Source of the DNA: Saccostrea cucullata
Lineage: Eukaryota
Assembly: GCF_032062105.1 (NCBI RefSeq)
Contig: NW_026934432.1
Coordinates: 248,001 to 312,000 of the forward strand
DNA length: 64,000 bases
Reading direction: 5' to 3'
This document shows, in pieces, positions 11,542-26,087 of the stretch; the first letter of the stretch is position 1, and each line of letters opens with the position of its first letter. The position numbers and the translations under genes are program-made. Below the pieces are notes generated by a model. It had not been told where the DNA came from, did no database searches, and worked only from the letters and a program-made list of their open reading frames with translations.

Positions 11542-13760
11542 TGTTAAAACTATTGATGACGATGAAAATTGCTGCATGATATTCTCCGATTCTCTCTAAA
11601 GCATTTGATCGTGTATGACAAAGGGTATCTTGTTTAAACTCTATTGAAAACAAATTCTGATCTTAAAGCTAGAAAATTGATTGGAAGAATGGCTTCTTAA
11701 ATTCAATCCTTCCAAAACTAAAGCAATATTGTTCAGCTTGAGAAGAAGACAATTAGTGTTAATTTTCCTAAACTCTCCTTCCAGCAAAGTCAGCTAGAAT
11801 TTATTTCTTCGCATAAACATTTAGGGCTTTATTTCTCACACGATCTTTGTTGATCTATACATATTGATGCTGATTTAGCCAATACATATTGAAAAACTGG
11901 GCTTAATAATAAAACGAATTTTGTAGTCAATCGAAAAACTCTTTTAATTAATATGTGTACAACCTTCATCAAACCGTAATTTATAATAAGAAATAGTTCC
12001 TGATCATGAATATCCGACTGATATAATCCCAAATTTGCGCTGTGATTCATTAAATTATAGAGTACGAGAAATTCATTCAATGTAACTGTATTACACCCAA
12101 ATGCAGATTACAAGCCTAGAAGTCAACACTTCCCAAATGAAAAAAAGGGGGAAACAAAATACTGTAACAAACTACTTACAAAACACATGTTTTGAAAGTA
12201 TTCCGATAGTATAGCAAATCACATGCAAATGAGCTAACAAAACACTATAACAAACTATAACAAAACACTTTCACAAATTAACAATATACTTTAACAAACT
12301 AATGTATGAAACACTGTAACAAACCACTAACAAAACACTTTAACAAAGATACTTGGAAACACTCTAACAAGCTACTAACAAAACACTTTAACAATATATT
12401 GAAACACTCTAACAAACTACTAACAAATCATAAGCAACAAATCATCAATAAACACAAATTTGAATTTTTAAAATTATAATTAGCAAATTCACATTTTAGT
12501 CTTTGAAAACATCTAAACACAATCTCATTTTGAAACATTATAAACACCTTGTTTCACAGTATTTTGAATTCCAGGATTGACATTATTCTTCAATAGGCAA
12601 TAGCACACCATTCCAACATTTAAAAACTTGAGAGATATTCTTAAGCCATTGGCCACTTCTCCAATCACATACATTTTCACAGAATTTTCAAGTATAATTA
12701 TAATTCATCATTTAATCCAGTGCTTAAAACTGATATAAGCTGGGTGGTATATGGATTAAAGGTCAATCTTAACATGAACAAAACCCCAATAAAAACAGGC
12801 CATATATGTACACATCCACATTAGATGAAGGTTACTGTAGTCCAGCATAAAAGAACTTTATGTCATGCAATAAATAAATACCTCTGTTATATCCAGATAC
12901 ATCCTGATTATTTTTTCCAATCAGGGATCAATATACATGTATATACTTTACATGTCCCTTCATCATCTCTATGTTTCTCTCTGACCTAGTGCTGGTGGTT
13001 TGAAAATTGGCGCAAAACTAGTAACACAGGATGAAAATAGATAAGTTGTTCTTGGAATATTTTACTGCACCTAGATAATTCAACCCTAAACATGTCTGCA
13101 TGTTAATCAAATGAAATGCTAACAAAGTATTACTTTGATGCAGACAAGTATAATGAAACACTTTCAAATGCAATTTCATTCTGCAGAGTGTAAAGAAACA
13201 TTAATAAAACACCAACAATGTAATGAAACATTAACAAAATACCATGAACTGCCATGCTGTAAAGTCTTGCATTGATGTTTCATTAAATGCAACACTTTCA
13301 AAACATACTAAGAAAATATAAAAGTATGATTTGTTAGTGTTTTGAAGATATTTTGCAAGTATTTTGTTAGATTTCTTTTTCATTTGGGTTATCCCCATTG
13401 TTATTGATGAATGTAACTAATTATCTCTTACTGTAAGGAATTCATCATCATTATATTGATTATTGTCTATTTCTTACAATATATAAATGCCAATTTCAGT
13501 TACAAAATTTTACGCTTGAACATATTGCATACAAGGCTTTGACACAAATGTGTGATTTTAAAACAGCGATCTTTTCCGATGTAACGTAATTTTTAAGTCT
13601 TCTATTATCTTGTAGAAATGTAGAGGATACTCCATTATTTCTTTTCACGCTTTCTTTCAATCATTCAAATGCTACTTTTAAAAACTATAAAAACATTATA
13701 ACTATATAACAAAAATATCATTTGATTTTGATTTAACCATAATATTTGAAAAATAAAATG
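11535..13760 (+). mobile_element. Degraded CR1-like LINE ORF2 remnant, interrupted by the element at 12132-13388
   Basis: CCMIFSD..SKAFDRV at ~11570-11615; EEWLLKFNPSKTKAILFS..SSHKHLG at ~11683-11826; LNILHTRL at ~13517; many stops and frameshifts. Confidence 0.7.
12132..13388. mobile_element. EnSpm/CACTA-like non-autonomous element
   Basis: TIRs CCCAAATGAAAAA / TTTTTCATTTGGG; TT 2-bp TSD; subterminal tandem AAACACTnTAACAAA repeats at 12155-12430. Confidence 0.75.
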
Positions 13761-13877
13761 AATTATTCTACATTCTATTGTATTTTCACACACAGGAACA
13801 ATAAAAAAAAACCTTGTTAAAAGCCGTATGTACAAAAATGGTGTTCCCCGAAATTATCGCGAATTTTGTTTATTATA

Positions 13878-14846
13878 CAGCTCAACAAACTTTTTAAACT
13901 CACATGGTTTTTCACACAAATTAAGGTCACATTTTTATGATATGATATTGTTTAAATAGACAACAAAATACATTTTAAAAGTATTTGTTTACATAATTTG
14001 AGTTTTATTTCATTTTAAACATAATGCTCACAGAGCAATTGGTAGAACTTTGATGTATTCATGGCTGAAAAATGACAACTATTCTTATTTGAATTTTTGT
14101 AGTTTCTTGCCAATTGTAATTGACTTCTTATCCGTTCTTTTGAAAGCAATAGCTCTTGGTAGAAACATAGACATGGGTACAGTACAGCTACTGTAGCTTG
14201 TATTTTCTGCACATTTTGACACTTTAACTCGGGATGGTAATACTATTTTTCATCTGTTTGACTGCTTTCTAAGTAAATAAGGTGGGATTTTAAAAAGTCA
14301 ACTTCTAAAATCTAAAATCATAAAAGATCCCACTGCAAAATTTTAACGTTTCAAACCGTAAATGCAGAAGAATTTTCCTTTTCATAGAAAGAATTGTCTA
14401 TTCAAAAAAATAAACAATACTCTATTATCCTACCCTTTAGTGTGGTTTCCTTTTGCAGTATTATCGCTTTTCGGCGCTACTTTTCGACGAAACCAAGAGG
14501 AGTATGGTAAATGAGCAAAGATTTTTAAAAAATACTCACCTTTCAGAAGAAAATCTAAAAATTTCAACTACAGGGGATCAAGGAAAGCTCGTTTTATACA
14601 ATTTGTAAAAACCTATGGAAGAATCGTATAGTCGAAACATCCTACCATTTATTTATAAATTTTCCTTTAAAACAATTACCTTGGATAACAAAAATAATAA
14701 TTTTGACATTTTGCTTAACATTATATATGTAATATAACGAAGGGTTATGCCATTATACTGTAGTTCCAAAATGGTAATTTTTATTACAACAATGTGACCT
14801 TAATTTGTGCGAAAAACCATGTGAGCTTAAAAAGCTTGTTGAGCTG
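13878..14846. mobile_element. Tc1/mariner-type non-autonomous element
   Basis: ~55-bp TIRs CAGCTCAACAAACTTTTTAAACTCACATGGTTTTTCACACAAATTAAGGTCACATT; TA on both flanks. Confidence 0.8.
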
Positions 14847-16392
14847 TATATTAATCAAAGTCACATTTTTAAAAATAAAGATTGCATAATTGATTGTACA
14901 CTATGTATAGTACGTTTTGCTTTGTATTATTTGTGTTTAAGTATACATATAACTGTTTGATTATTGTGTCATAGTATGTTTTGCATTGTCTTATTTGTAT
15001 TACTAGTATTTAACATATACATTTGACTTGTTTGATTATTCTGTCATTTGTTTTAAATTCTAATCTTTTACTGAATGATATGTAACATGATGTAATAAAC
15101 ATTTTTGTTTGACTTTTTATGGTAATAAATATATTTTTAAAAATATTAAGACGAGTATAAGAAAACACATAATTTGTTTCGTAAAGCGAGTTAAATCATA
15201 CAGCTTATCACAGGGGTATCACTACTAGGTAAAATTAAACGACAGCATTCGAGTTTTTAGTGGGCAGTATATTGACCATCAAATTTAATAGTTACGAACT
15301 TCTGGCTAAAAGTATGACATAAAAAAGAGAGACGCAGTCATAAGTTTCACTATAATAGTATTCATTTATTTTGTTTACAATGTGATCAAAATTACATGCA
15401 CACGCAAGAATCAATGAAAATTCAATCAAAAACGTTGAAGATTCAAACACGACCAACAAATAAAGAAAAAAATATACAATGTCATAAAGGCACATCAATA
15501 AATATTTGTCATTAGAAATTCCGATAAATTAGAAACTATTGACAATTTCAACAATAAAAACAGTTTCGAAAACAAATCAATATCCATCTCAACAGTCGAG
15601 TATTTCAGTGACCTAAACAAAGGAAAGAAATGCATGTATATTTTAAAAGAATTTTTTTTTTTTTCGTAAGGAAAATATATACCAAAAGCAAAATATAGGT
15701 CTTGTTATATCTTTCAATACATCCAATGTTAATGGATGTAAGAAGAAGGTACGGTTTTAGCTTTATAGCATCCTAAAAATGCAATGTCATCACAAAGTTT
15801 TGAAAATGTCTTAAATATTAGTCAAGTATAGATTTAATATGACTGTGATAGACCAGGAACGAATATGGCATGAAAGTTCATCGTTCTACAAATATGACGT
15901 CATTAATGTTATGTATTTCTCTATTCTGAACAGAAAAAGCCTAAAAATATCCCATTTCAAGGCTAATTTTCCTTTAGAAAAAAGTGTCCACAGCCGTCGC
16001 CCACGTTAATATTTTGATATGTTGTGCAAAAGTCGATAAAATAAAAAAAATCACATATCTCAAAATCTTTGTGGATGATGTCTGTGGACAATATTATCTG
16101 AAAGAAAATTCCTTTGAAAATTGCTGCCCTCTGCAACTGTTTTAAAAAATACGGGGAAATGCACATGTTTATGACAGCACAAGTAGCATTTAAAAGCACA
16201 AGTGCGAAAAATGATTGGTATGATTTTTCTGCATTGAATTTCAATTATTCAGAAAACATGAGTTTCCATCTTTTACACCAGTTTTATTTTTGAAAACCAC
16301 AGGGCAATTTTTTTTATGGAAATCATACCTTGTTCTTTGTCGAAATATGTAGATTTTTTTATATTCACATTTGAACACTCACCACATCTGTT

Positions 16393-19300
16393 TCATGAAG
16401 ACTGTTTGTTATTGACGACTTCATCATAGCTGGGAGGGGATGCTGAGATGTTGTTTGGTAAATGATCTAGTGATTGTGAGGAAACTTGGTGTGGTGATTC
16501 ACTATTGGCGGTTAACTGATTAGAGTGCGATGGATGAGGATATGAAAGCTGATATACTCTGGGAACTACAAAAAGGAGGGTATATATAATTACAGTTAAA
16601 TAAAAAAAAATAAATGCGATCAGATTGTTTCTTCAATTTTATTACTTGCCTTCATTTGAAGGTGTCCGGTTCAATACTTGCCCTTCTGAGGAATTCTTTC
16701 TCAAACGATAGCGATAACATGCTAAACAAAGAAATAGTTGAAAAAAGGATCCAAATACTCCGCCAATTATAGTACCCAAGGCATTTTTGTCTTCGTCTTT
16801 TGAAGCTGTTTTAAAGTTCATGAGTAATAGTATTAATTTTACATATAAAATATGTCCTTTGATAAAATGGATGTTAAAGTCAAAACAATTCAACCAAAAA
16901 ATACTTGTTTTTACTTTTGATTAAATATAAGAAGATATCTTACCATAGAATTTAACTTTTTCAACAGTGAGAAGAAATTTAAATTTTGAGCTTGAAGAGT
17001 CTTTCCCGGAGAGTTTTACAAAGAATATATGAAGATCTCGTCCGGCAGATGCACAGAATTTGGTTCCATTATTTTTGGTACAACTAAGAGTCTAAAAGAA
17101 AAAAAGAAAAACTCTCAGCATTCCGTGAAAGTTTTATAGGGTACATAGAGGATAGTCTATGTGTAAGAATATAGAATTTATTTAACGAGTAGGACATTTT
17201 AATATTTTCATGAGTGCAAAGCACTGTCTCACGAGTGATATAAATTCCATATTCAAATTCAAAACATAGGTTTTTCTTTTAATAACATTTTCTTTGATTT
17301 TCTCTTTGCCTAAATCTTTTTATAATACCGTGTCAATTAGCCTATATATGACACCATAGTTGAACAGTTTGGATGTCATAGCTAAGTGATGTGAGATTCA
17401 AACATTGTAAACATGGATTTTAACACCATATCTGGAGGTTCTTCGGCAGTTTGTAGTCTAGTATCATAATAGTCTATTCACACACACACACCCTTACCCT
17501 CTCTCACCCCTCTCTCATCAAAGTTAACCTGAATGATTTCTCTATAATAATCTATATCTATTTTGGAATGCTTCATTCAAAATGATTTTAATTAACTATT
17601 TTTTTAAAATGTATAAATCAAGTGCAACAGCATAACGCTTCAATAATTATGCATTTGAGACTTTATTCTGTTGGTTTTTTTTTCAAAGATGCAAGTATAA
17701 TCATACAAATGGAAAGCTCTAAATCTGCACTTTGCAATGCAACTAAAGACATTTAGATTAATTGTAACTTAAAAGAGTTATGTCTGTATAACATCATTCG
17801 TGTGGTAATGGGCACCTGATCTTAGACAAGCCGACCAGCGAGTATGATACATCTTTTTCATATTTTGAATAATGACATAGAAGATGTTGATACTCTAAGC
17901 TTCCCAACAGATAGCCATGAATGTGATGATTTTTTGAATTTTGAGATTAGTGAGGAAGAAATCTTATGTGCAGTTAAAAAATTGAAAAATGATAAGGCCA
18001 CAGGCTACGACCAGTTGTTAAACGAACATATTTCATCAACAATAGCTATATTTTTGTCTGTACAGTGTATATAAGAAATTGTTTAATTTGATTTTTGATA
18101 GTGGAATCATTTCAGACGAATGGCTCACGGGTATTGTCAAACCGATTTTAAAAACAAAGGTGACCCAACAAATCCAGAAAATTATCGTCCAACAACATTT
18201 TTAAGTTGCCTTGGTAAGCTTTTTACCTCCATTTTATGTAAACGCTTGGAAAGTTATGTAGAGAACTTTAATCTTATAAGCGAAAGTCAAACTGGCTTTC
18301 GGAAAGGTTATTCTACCTTGAATAATATACTTAGTTTACATTTTCTTATAAACATGGTGATGTCTCTCAAAAAGAAACTTTTTTGTGTTTTTATTGATTT
18401 CAAACAGGCATTCGATACTGTGTGGAGAAATGGGCTTTGGTACAAACTTTTGAATAATGGCATTAGCGGTAATTGTTTTACTTTAAAAAAAAAAAAACAT
18501 GTATAATGGAGTCAAGTTCCTTGTGACTATAAATGGTCTTTCATCTGAATTTTACAATTGTAACATTGGTGTCCGCCAAGGAGAAAATTTATCACCTCTC
18601 CTGTTTTCTATGTATATTAACGATTTAGAAGAGTTTCTCGCCAGCAAAAATGTGCATGGGCTATCTTTTAATAATGTAAGCAGCTCAAACTCTGAAGAAA
18701 ATGAAATGTTGCTGTATTTTAAATTATTTATTCTGTTCTATGCTGACGATACAGTTATAATGTCTGAGTATGCAGAGGGTTTACAACATGCTCTAAATAA
18801 GTTTCATTCGTATTGTGTACAATGAAAACTGAACGTCAATGTAGATAAAACAAAAATTATGATTTTTTCGAAAGGTCCATCTGTTAAAAATGTATTTTAC
18901 TACAATAATTCTGTTATTGAAACTGTGAACGAATTTAAATACCTAGGTATACTCTTTTCACGATCAGGTTCATTCTGTAAAACTAAAAAACATTTATGTG
19001 AGCAAGCTCAAAAAGCCATGTATGGAATTATACGAAAAATTAGACAATTTAATTTACCAGCAGATTGCCAGCTTGATTTGTTCGATAAAGTTGTCACTCC
19101 AGTACTTCTGTGTGGATGTGAAATATGGGGTTTTGAGAACATTGAAATAATTGAGCGCGTTCATCTTAAATTTTTGAAATATATTTTTAATCTAAAAAGT
19201 AGTACTCCTAGTTATATGGTTTACGGCGAAACGGGTCGCTTCCCTTTATATATAACAGTGTGTTCAAGAATGATTTCCTATTGGGCAAAATTATTGGTAA

Positions 19301-22300
19301 GCCCTGAAAACAAGATTGTTTATGTTACATACAGACATTTATTTGAACAGTTTTGTTCAGGAAGTCATAAGAACCCTTGGATTTTATGTATTAAGAATAT
19401 ACTTGATAGTTGTGGCTTCTCAAATGTATGGAATGAACAGACCTTTTTAAATATTAAATGGCTAAAAGCTATAGTTGAACAACGTCTTAAAGATCAGTAC
19501 ATACAGAAGTGGCGAAGTAATATGCGCGATTCGTCTAAAGGTCTCATTTATAGTATTTTCAAAACAGAATTTGGATTTGAAAAATATTTAGCCTTACTAC
19601 CAAAAAAATTTAGAACAATTTTAATTAAACTAAGAACAGCAAATCATCGTCTTCCAGTTGAGACTGGGAGATGGCTTGAAATTCCCAAAAATGATAGACT
19701 ATGTAATCTTTGTAATAATGGACAAATAGATGATGAGTATCACTACATTTTAGAATGTAAATATTTTTCCGAATGTAGAAAAAAATATCTTCCTAGTAAA
19801 TATTGTAATAGACCAATTTTTTTTCAAATTCTCAGATTTGTTGTCATCTGCTGACTACAAAATATTAATTAAACTATGCAGTTACATAAATAGAGTATAT
19901 GAAAAAGTCTGTCCTCCATAATTATTTATGTTACTTTATACGAATGTATTTCCGCCATTTCACGTGTATCTTGTATTTTATTTTTTGTATATATTGTACA
20001 TATATTGTTGAACCTCATGTACCATTGATATGGTTTGAGTGAATAAATTGAACTTGAACTTGACGATTTACTGACTTTTGACAAACTGAAGGCAATTTAA
20101 AATATAAAGACAAACAATTCTTAGGGCCAAATGATAACTAAATTGTTGGATAAGGAGATGATAAGCTTCTCAAATGTCAAATTTTCTTACTATAATTAGT
20201 AATAATATACCGGTATTACCTTCACGTGGTGTTTATATCGCATTTGATTCTCAGTACGATCGATTTGTAAACCGAGGCAGGCCACTACAGATAAGTTAGT
20301 GCTTTGGGCATTTCAACAATATACACCGTAGTTAAACGTTGACAATTCGTTAATTCTATGGTCGTTATAACAATCTTGTTGACATATGTAACCCATTACA
20401 ACTGGGTCGAGTTTGGCATACGTTTGTGAACATGAAAGTTTGGTTACAGAAAACTTTTTGAGACCGATCGACACCTTTTTTATTTTGTTAAGTTTTCTCT
20501 TGTTTTTTAAGACACAATATATATAAATTGAACAGTATTTTTTGTACAAACTGAACAAAAAATTTATTTACTAACCTGAAGCTTAGTAGCTATGAATGCA
20601 TATTCAAAGCTTAATTCAATAGCACAATTTCCGCCGATGAAATATACTGGTCGAACGCAAATTGCATACAATTCCGAATCAGCCTCTCTTCCAATTCTCA
20701 ATGAAAAATGATTTGAACATGAAATTTCTTCTCCATTGTAAGTTACATAAACTGGACGATCCTCGTTCACGTTTTCAAGACGTACATTGCAGTCTCTTCC
20801 AAATTCATCTTAAAAGAAAACATTAAAAAAAACATCATTGAATAGAGTAACTGTTGAATATTTCAAAATTGATGGAACATCGTATAGACTTACGACTAAT
20901 GTTTTACTACATAGACATAAAATTTGATAAAATTGATCGAAATCTGGTTCGATTTTTCGTCTAAACTTGATTTAAGAAAAAAACTAATTAATGAGAAAAA
21001 GTGGATTTTACGATTGTTGTCCGAAAAAGTCGTAGACAATGCTTATAATTTTGTAAACATGCAACCAATAGAAACCAAATTTTGCATTGACATAATACAT
21101 TCAGCGTTCCTTTAAATTGTGAATTCTGAAATATATATCTCTCATATTAATAAAATTATGACGATTTATATAGAGGTCGATATGGTCTGTCGGCGCATAA
21201 ACAAAATATGGAATAATTTGTGAATATAAGTATTAATTACATTTGCTTTTATTTCATTCAAACTATGTAAGAAATCAAAGTCAAATTCAATTCAGTGAAA
21301 GTGTAATCACAATCGTGATAACATATCAAATTACCATCAGAAATAGACGATTGGTGTCTTGATTTTTCAAAGTAATGTTGGAATTGAATTGAAAATGACG
21401 TCGTCAATCGCCTAACCGGTGTACAGGGATGTAATAAATTGTTTTTAATATGGTTTATATGCATCAGAGACGAATAAAAAGAGTAAAGAAGTGACATTAC
21501 ACACTATTCTAATAAAAAGGTTGTTTGTAAATGCTATGAGATCCAATGATAATTTCACCTCCAAACCAAAAATAGTTACGCCTATAAACTTTAGAGTACC
21601 TCTTTGTTAAACGCAGACAGTAGGGAACGTTATTGGACACGATTAATGTCAAGCATTGTGTATCCTCTGCTGCCTACAATGTAAGGTGATCCTTCGACCT
21701 AATTCCGACCGAATGTTTAATCAATTAAAAAATATGGACAGAAAGTGAATTTGAATACCAGTAAGCCTTCATCAAAAATAGCTTTTCGCTTTTAGAAATA
21801 TAATGATTATTTACAGACGCAGGTTAAGCAGAAAAAGGGATTATGACGTTATATTTACATCCACTGAATATTTTCTTCTTTATTTCTTAAGAAACCCATT
21901 ACGTTAATCACTGCATGAACTACATTAGGCATGTCGCCTGTTCAGATTTCTTGATCAGTGGCTGTTCCATTAATGAAACGTATGAAGACGTTCGCATCAT
22001 TAATACAATAAATAATCTTCTTAATCCTACTTAAAATGATTATTTAAACAGATATAAATATAAACAATAAAATGTCTTTCTTTGTTTGTTATTACTGGAA
22101 TAAACGGTCGCAGCTATTGCAGAGAAAATTTACATAACCCGCGTAAGGGTTATGTATTTTTTCTGCAACAGCTGCTTCCGTTAATCCCAATAATAACAAA
22201 CAAAGAAAGACATTTTATTGTTTAAATAGCAGAACGCTTGCTTTCGTGTGCCGATGTACACTTTTATACTTTCTTTATGTTTATATAATTTTCTTGTTAA

Positions 22301-22871
22301 ATGTGATATCATCATGAAGCTTTAAATACATGAGCAAAAAATATTGCTTCTTACTATGACAAAAAATGAAATTTAATTTACTGAGAGAAATTAAACTGTT
22401 TACCCTGTCTACGACTTTTTGGGACAACCCTCTTATATTACCAAATATTATCATCTTGACACAATTTTCAACAAGTCAACAAAAAATATCGAAAAGTTGA
22501 ATGAATTGAAATGAATTTCATTGACATTCCCTTTTATTTCTTTGATATTTCTTGTGGATTTTCCCAAGGAATTTGTATAATTGTCATTTATTATTAAATA
22601 GATCTTGATTCTCAAAAGTAAATCACATTGCAAAGGTAAAAAATCACATCAGAAAAACAATATCAGAATATAAAACAAAAATCGAATACTGTGTTTCGGT
22701 CAACGTTATCTATTTGAGGCTAAAAAAAATTATTAAAAAAAGAAAGAAAACTGAAAGAATGTACGAATAGCAAGAAAACTCACAGGTTATATTAGTTATC
22801 ATTGCAAATACTTTGGCAATAGATACAATTAAAATGAATACACATCTGCTCATATATCCTGAAGGAGCCAT
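16393..22871 (-). CDS. Paralog A: uncharacterised type I membrane protein (CUB-like 6-Cys ectodomain, PPxY tail), 265 aa
   Basis: Exons 22871-22784, 20808-20576, 17091-16944, 16805-16650 (GC donor), 16565-16393 splice in frame (798 nt): MAPSGYMSRCVFILIVSIAKVFA..YEFGRDCNV..AICVRPVYF..NCAIEL..LSCTK..KFCAS..LGTIIGGVFGSFFQLFLCLACY..SASPPSYDEV. Confidence 0.85.
17844..20062 (+). mobile_element. 5'-truncated non-LTR retrotransposon (RTE-X-like), antisense in intron 2 of gene A; disrupted RT ORF
   Basis: ENYRP, QTGFRKG, FIDFKQAFDTVWR, GVRQGENLSPLLF, YADD, C-terminal HRLPVETGRW..CNLC..EYHYILEC; frameshifts at ~18060, ~18146, ~18490 and ~19817; TGA replaces Trp at 18823; AATAAA followed by a (TTGAAC)n tail. 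Confidence 0.92.
22061..22224. repeat. ~165-bp hairpin in intron 1 of gene A
   Basis: Arms TAAACAATAAAATGTCTTTCTTTGTTTGTTATTA / TAATAACAAACAAAGAAAGACATTTTATTGTTTA. Confidence 0.85.
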
Positions 22872-24640
22872 TCTTCAGCTCATCTGCAAAATAAAAATTG
22901 TATCAGGAGTGAAATGCAATATCATATTATTCAATCATATAAAACATGCACAAGAAGATAGCTATATAAATGGTGAAGCAATCCATATGTATGCAGTATG
23001 TAGTATGGAGGATGATCAATTCGAAAGTTTTTAATTTGAACCATACTGTACTCATATCTGAACAGAAAAAAATGTAATAATTGTTTATCCCAAGGAGAAG
23101 GGAAGCAGATTTTAACATATTTGTTTCGAGACTCAACATTTTATGTTTATATCGAAATGTCCTTGACACTATAGACTCATTCAAAATAATTATATTTTAT
23201 TCAAAGTTATTCAAGGTATTCAAATGTCCTTAGTTTTAAACCTTATATCAGTTGCTTGAAATTTGAATTCATTTCGAATTTCTATTTCACTTCTAACTGC
23301 TTTCCGTATGAATTCATTTAATCTAATTATGTTCATGATTAATGTGAGAAATATGCACTAATTAACACAAAATTCATCACACCATTTATGTTGATAATGA
23401 ATCATATAAAAATAAATGACACAACGCCTATAGGCAGAGATAACTTTTTTTTCGTCATTGAACCGAATATCTTTTCTAATCTCTAAAAAGAATTATCGGA
23501 ATATTTTTCTTTTGCTTTATTTATATCTAGATGTATTCATTTCCTGTTTAATGCAATAGTCTGGCATGTGAATGAGGTAACACTTTTCATAATTTTCCTA
23601 AACCTGTTAAAAGATTAAATAATTGTTAATCCCTTTTTAATCAGGTTTTTTTCATTAATTACACATATTAAGATAATATTTGACGTTTATATGCTTATCT
23701 TAGGTTTGAAAATTGACAGTAATAACATGAAATAAGTAATGTTCAGAAATATAGCCTTACCTCAAGACTTGTTGTGATGGAAATGCACATGCATTCAACT
23801 GTGAAGGCAAACTATATGGATAACTGTTCCGATCAACAAAACTTTTAAACCGTTAGTACTAGGGCTTTCAGATAGTTGAATCGACACTTTTCAAAAGTTA
23901 TTTCCCTGAGTCGCCATCTTTGGAGAAATCCCCATAGAATCCTCACAGTAGCCTTTATAGTTTTCTGGTTTAAAACTTTGACATCTGACAGGAAAAATTC
24001 TGTGCATCTTGTAGAATAAATGCCCCAAGATGGGGCTACTCATATATCGAAATAAAAAAGAAAATAACCACAGGGGACTTACAGAAAAACGTCCAAATGT
24101 TAAGTAGCATAAAGAGGAGAAATATCATTCCTTTTCCTTTTGACCTTTTGGTTGACCCCGCAAAGGGATATTACTATTGAAAAGTGCGGACTGGACTATT
24201 TTACAGTTCTTGTGACAAGTCCTTCCTTTGGATTCCAACAATTTTGACCTTGGCGTTGGAATCTGACTTGCATTCTTCTCCATACGTTAACAAGCAATGC
24301 CATTGTCATTATCACATGATCCCACTTCTAATGTTTCGGAGATCCATGTTTGCACTGCTCCTATTTCGTATTGTTTATTGGACATTTGAGCTTGAATACT
24401 GCTCGCATTCTCCATATATTTCATGCAGCTTTTTGTCTGGATAGCTGTGTTTTTGGATACTACATATTTGCTTAAATGTGTAATTCTACGTATACCAAGT
24501 TATGAATGCTTGCAGCAAGGGAAATGAACACCACAATATACCTAGATCACTATTTTTACGAAAGACACAGTGCCTCATGCCACATGTATATACGTACATG
24601 TATATGTGCATAATTTTTTTTTAAAAAAAGTCACACCTTT

Positions 24641-26087
24641 TACAGTTTCGTCCAAAACTTAATAAAAAAAGGTATTACAAAGGAAACAGACTGACAGACG
24701 CCAGGTAAAGTAAATTAAATCTTTAGGTATCAAACTGCTCTGCATGCGAAATAAAAGTAACTGAAGCAAACCTGACCTTTGACAAACTTTTCATACATTG
24801 TGGCATCTAGCTCAAGAAAGTACGCGGCATTTAAAAAAGTAAGTGAAACAATGAGACCATAGAAGCATTAAAGTTTTCTTTATTGGACATAGGAAAGTTT
24901 AAGTATTTCTGGCCAGTACTGATGAGAAGACAATATGAGGAGTCATATGAGCATGGACGATTACTCCAGGACAGTAGGGATGCTGGAAACTGGCAAAACG
25001 CAACGTAACGTTACAGAAAGACTTGCTTCCCAAAGCGAAATTATCCGTTTATGGAACTGATATTTAAATGAAATTCAGGATGTCCAAGTATATGACAGTC
25101 CATGAGGACCGTTATTAGGCCAATATGCAAAGAAACACTTTTAAAAGTGCTCTTAAGCTCAATACTGAGCTTCAGAGAGCAATAGGAAGACGAATTTCTA
25201 CTCCGAGAGTACAAAACAGGCTTCATGAAGCAATCTCAAGGCAAACAAACCAGTCGTACGTCCTGTATTTGAATTAAAGCATCGCAGAAATCAACAACAG
25301 TGGGCAACAGAATACAGAAATTGGCAAAAGCATCATTGGCTTTCTTTTCTCTACTCTGTCAAGTTGACATTTTGTTTTTGACCTTATGTTGGCAGACGAA
25401 TTGTCTACAGAGCAATTTAGGGGAAATCTATGCCGGTTGTTTCATTTCTGAGTATTGTAGATTAAATGAAGGTTAGGTGATGATTTTGGCAGGCATAAGT
25501 CTTAAATGCAAAATTGATCTGTACATTATTAAAGTCTACTTGACAAGTTTTAAATACCAGGATAATATCCATTATCCTATTGTTAGACCTTTTGCAGATA
25601 CTGAGGGGGAGGGTTTCATCTTAACAGACGATAATGCTGGAAGTCATAGACTCTGAATTGCAAAAGAGTACTTGGAAAGTAAGTAACTAGGTAGTTCTCC
25701 AGACCTGAACCCAATTTTACATGTATTGGACATTTTTTGCAACGCTTTGCAGGTCGTTTATAACACTTCCCAAAATCGACGGGACCTTCAAATGTGCTGC
25801 TGGAGGAATGGCAACAGATCCCTTAGGCTAGTCTTGTATGGCTGTGGGCAGCATGGGTCGGTGTTCTTAGGTTGTAATTGCCTCTCGGGGATGTATCATA
25901 CAAAGTACTGGCAATCATTTTACTGACTTGATTTGACTCTTCTGAAAAATTATATTTTCAGGTCTATACTCGAACTTTGAATATAAGGTATAATACTTAA
26001 ACTAAAACTGCGTACTGTTTTCTATAATCATGTATTTGATAAACATTTTTAAATTGATGACATAACATTTTTGGTCGAATATAGTAT
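24641..26087 (+). mobile_element. Decayed Tc1-like transposon (DD34E transposase pseudogene)
   Basis: HTH-like RTVGMLETGKTQRNVTERL at ~24968; IVRPFA..GFILTDDNAGSHR at ~25580-25650; SSPDLNPILHV at ~25693; degenerate TIR-like ends TACAGTTTCGTCCAAAA / TTTTGGTCGAATATAGTA. Confidence 0.8.
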
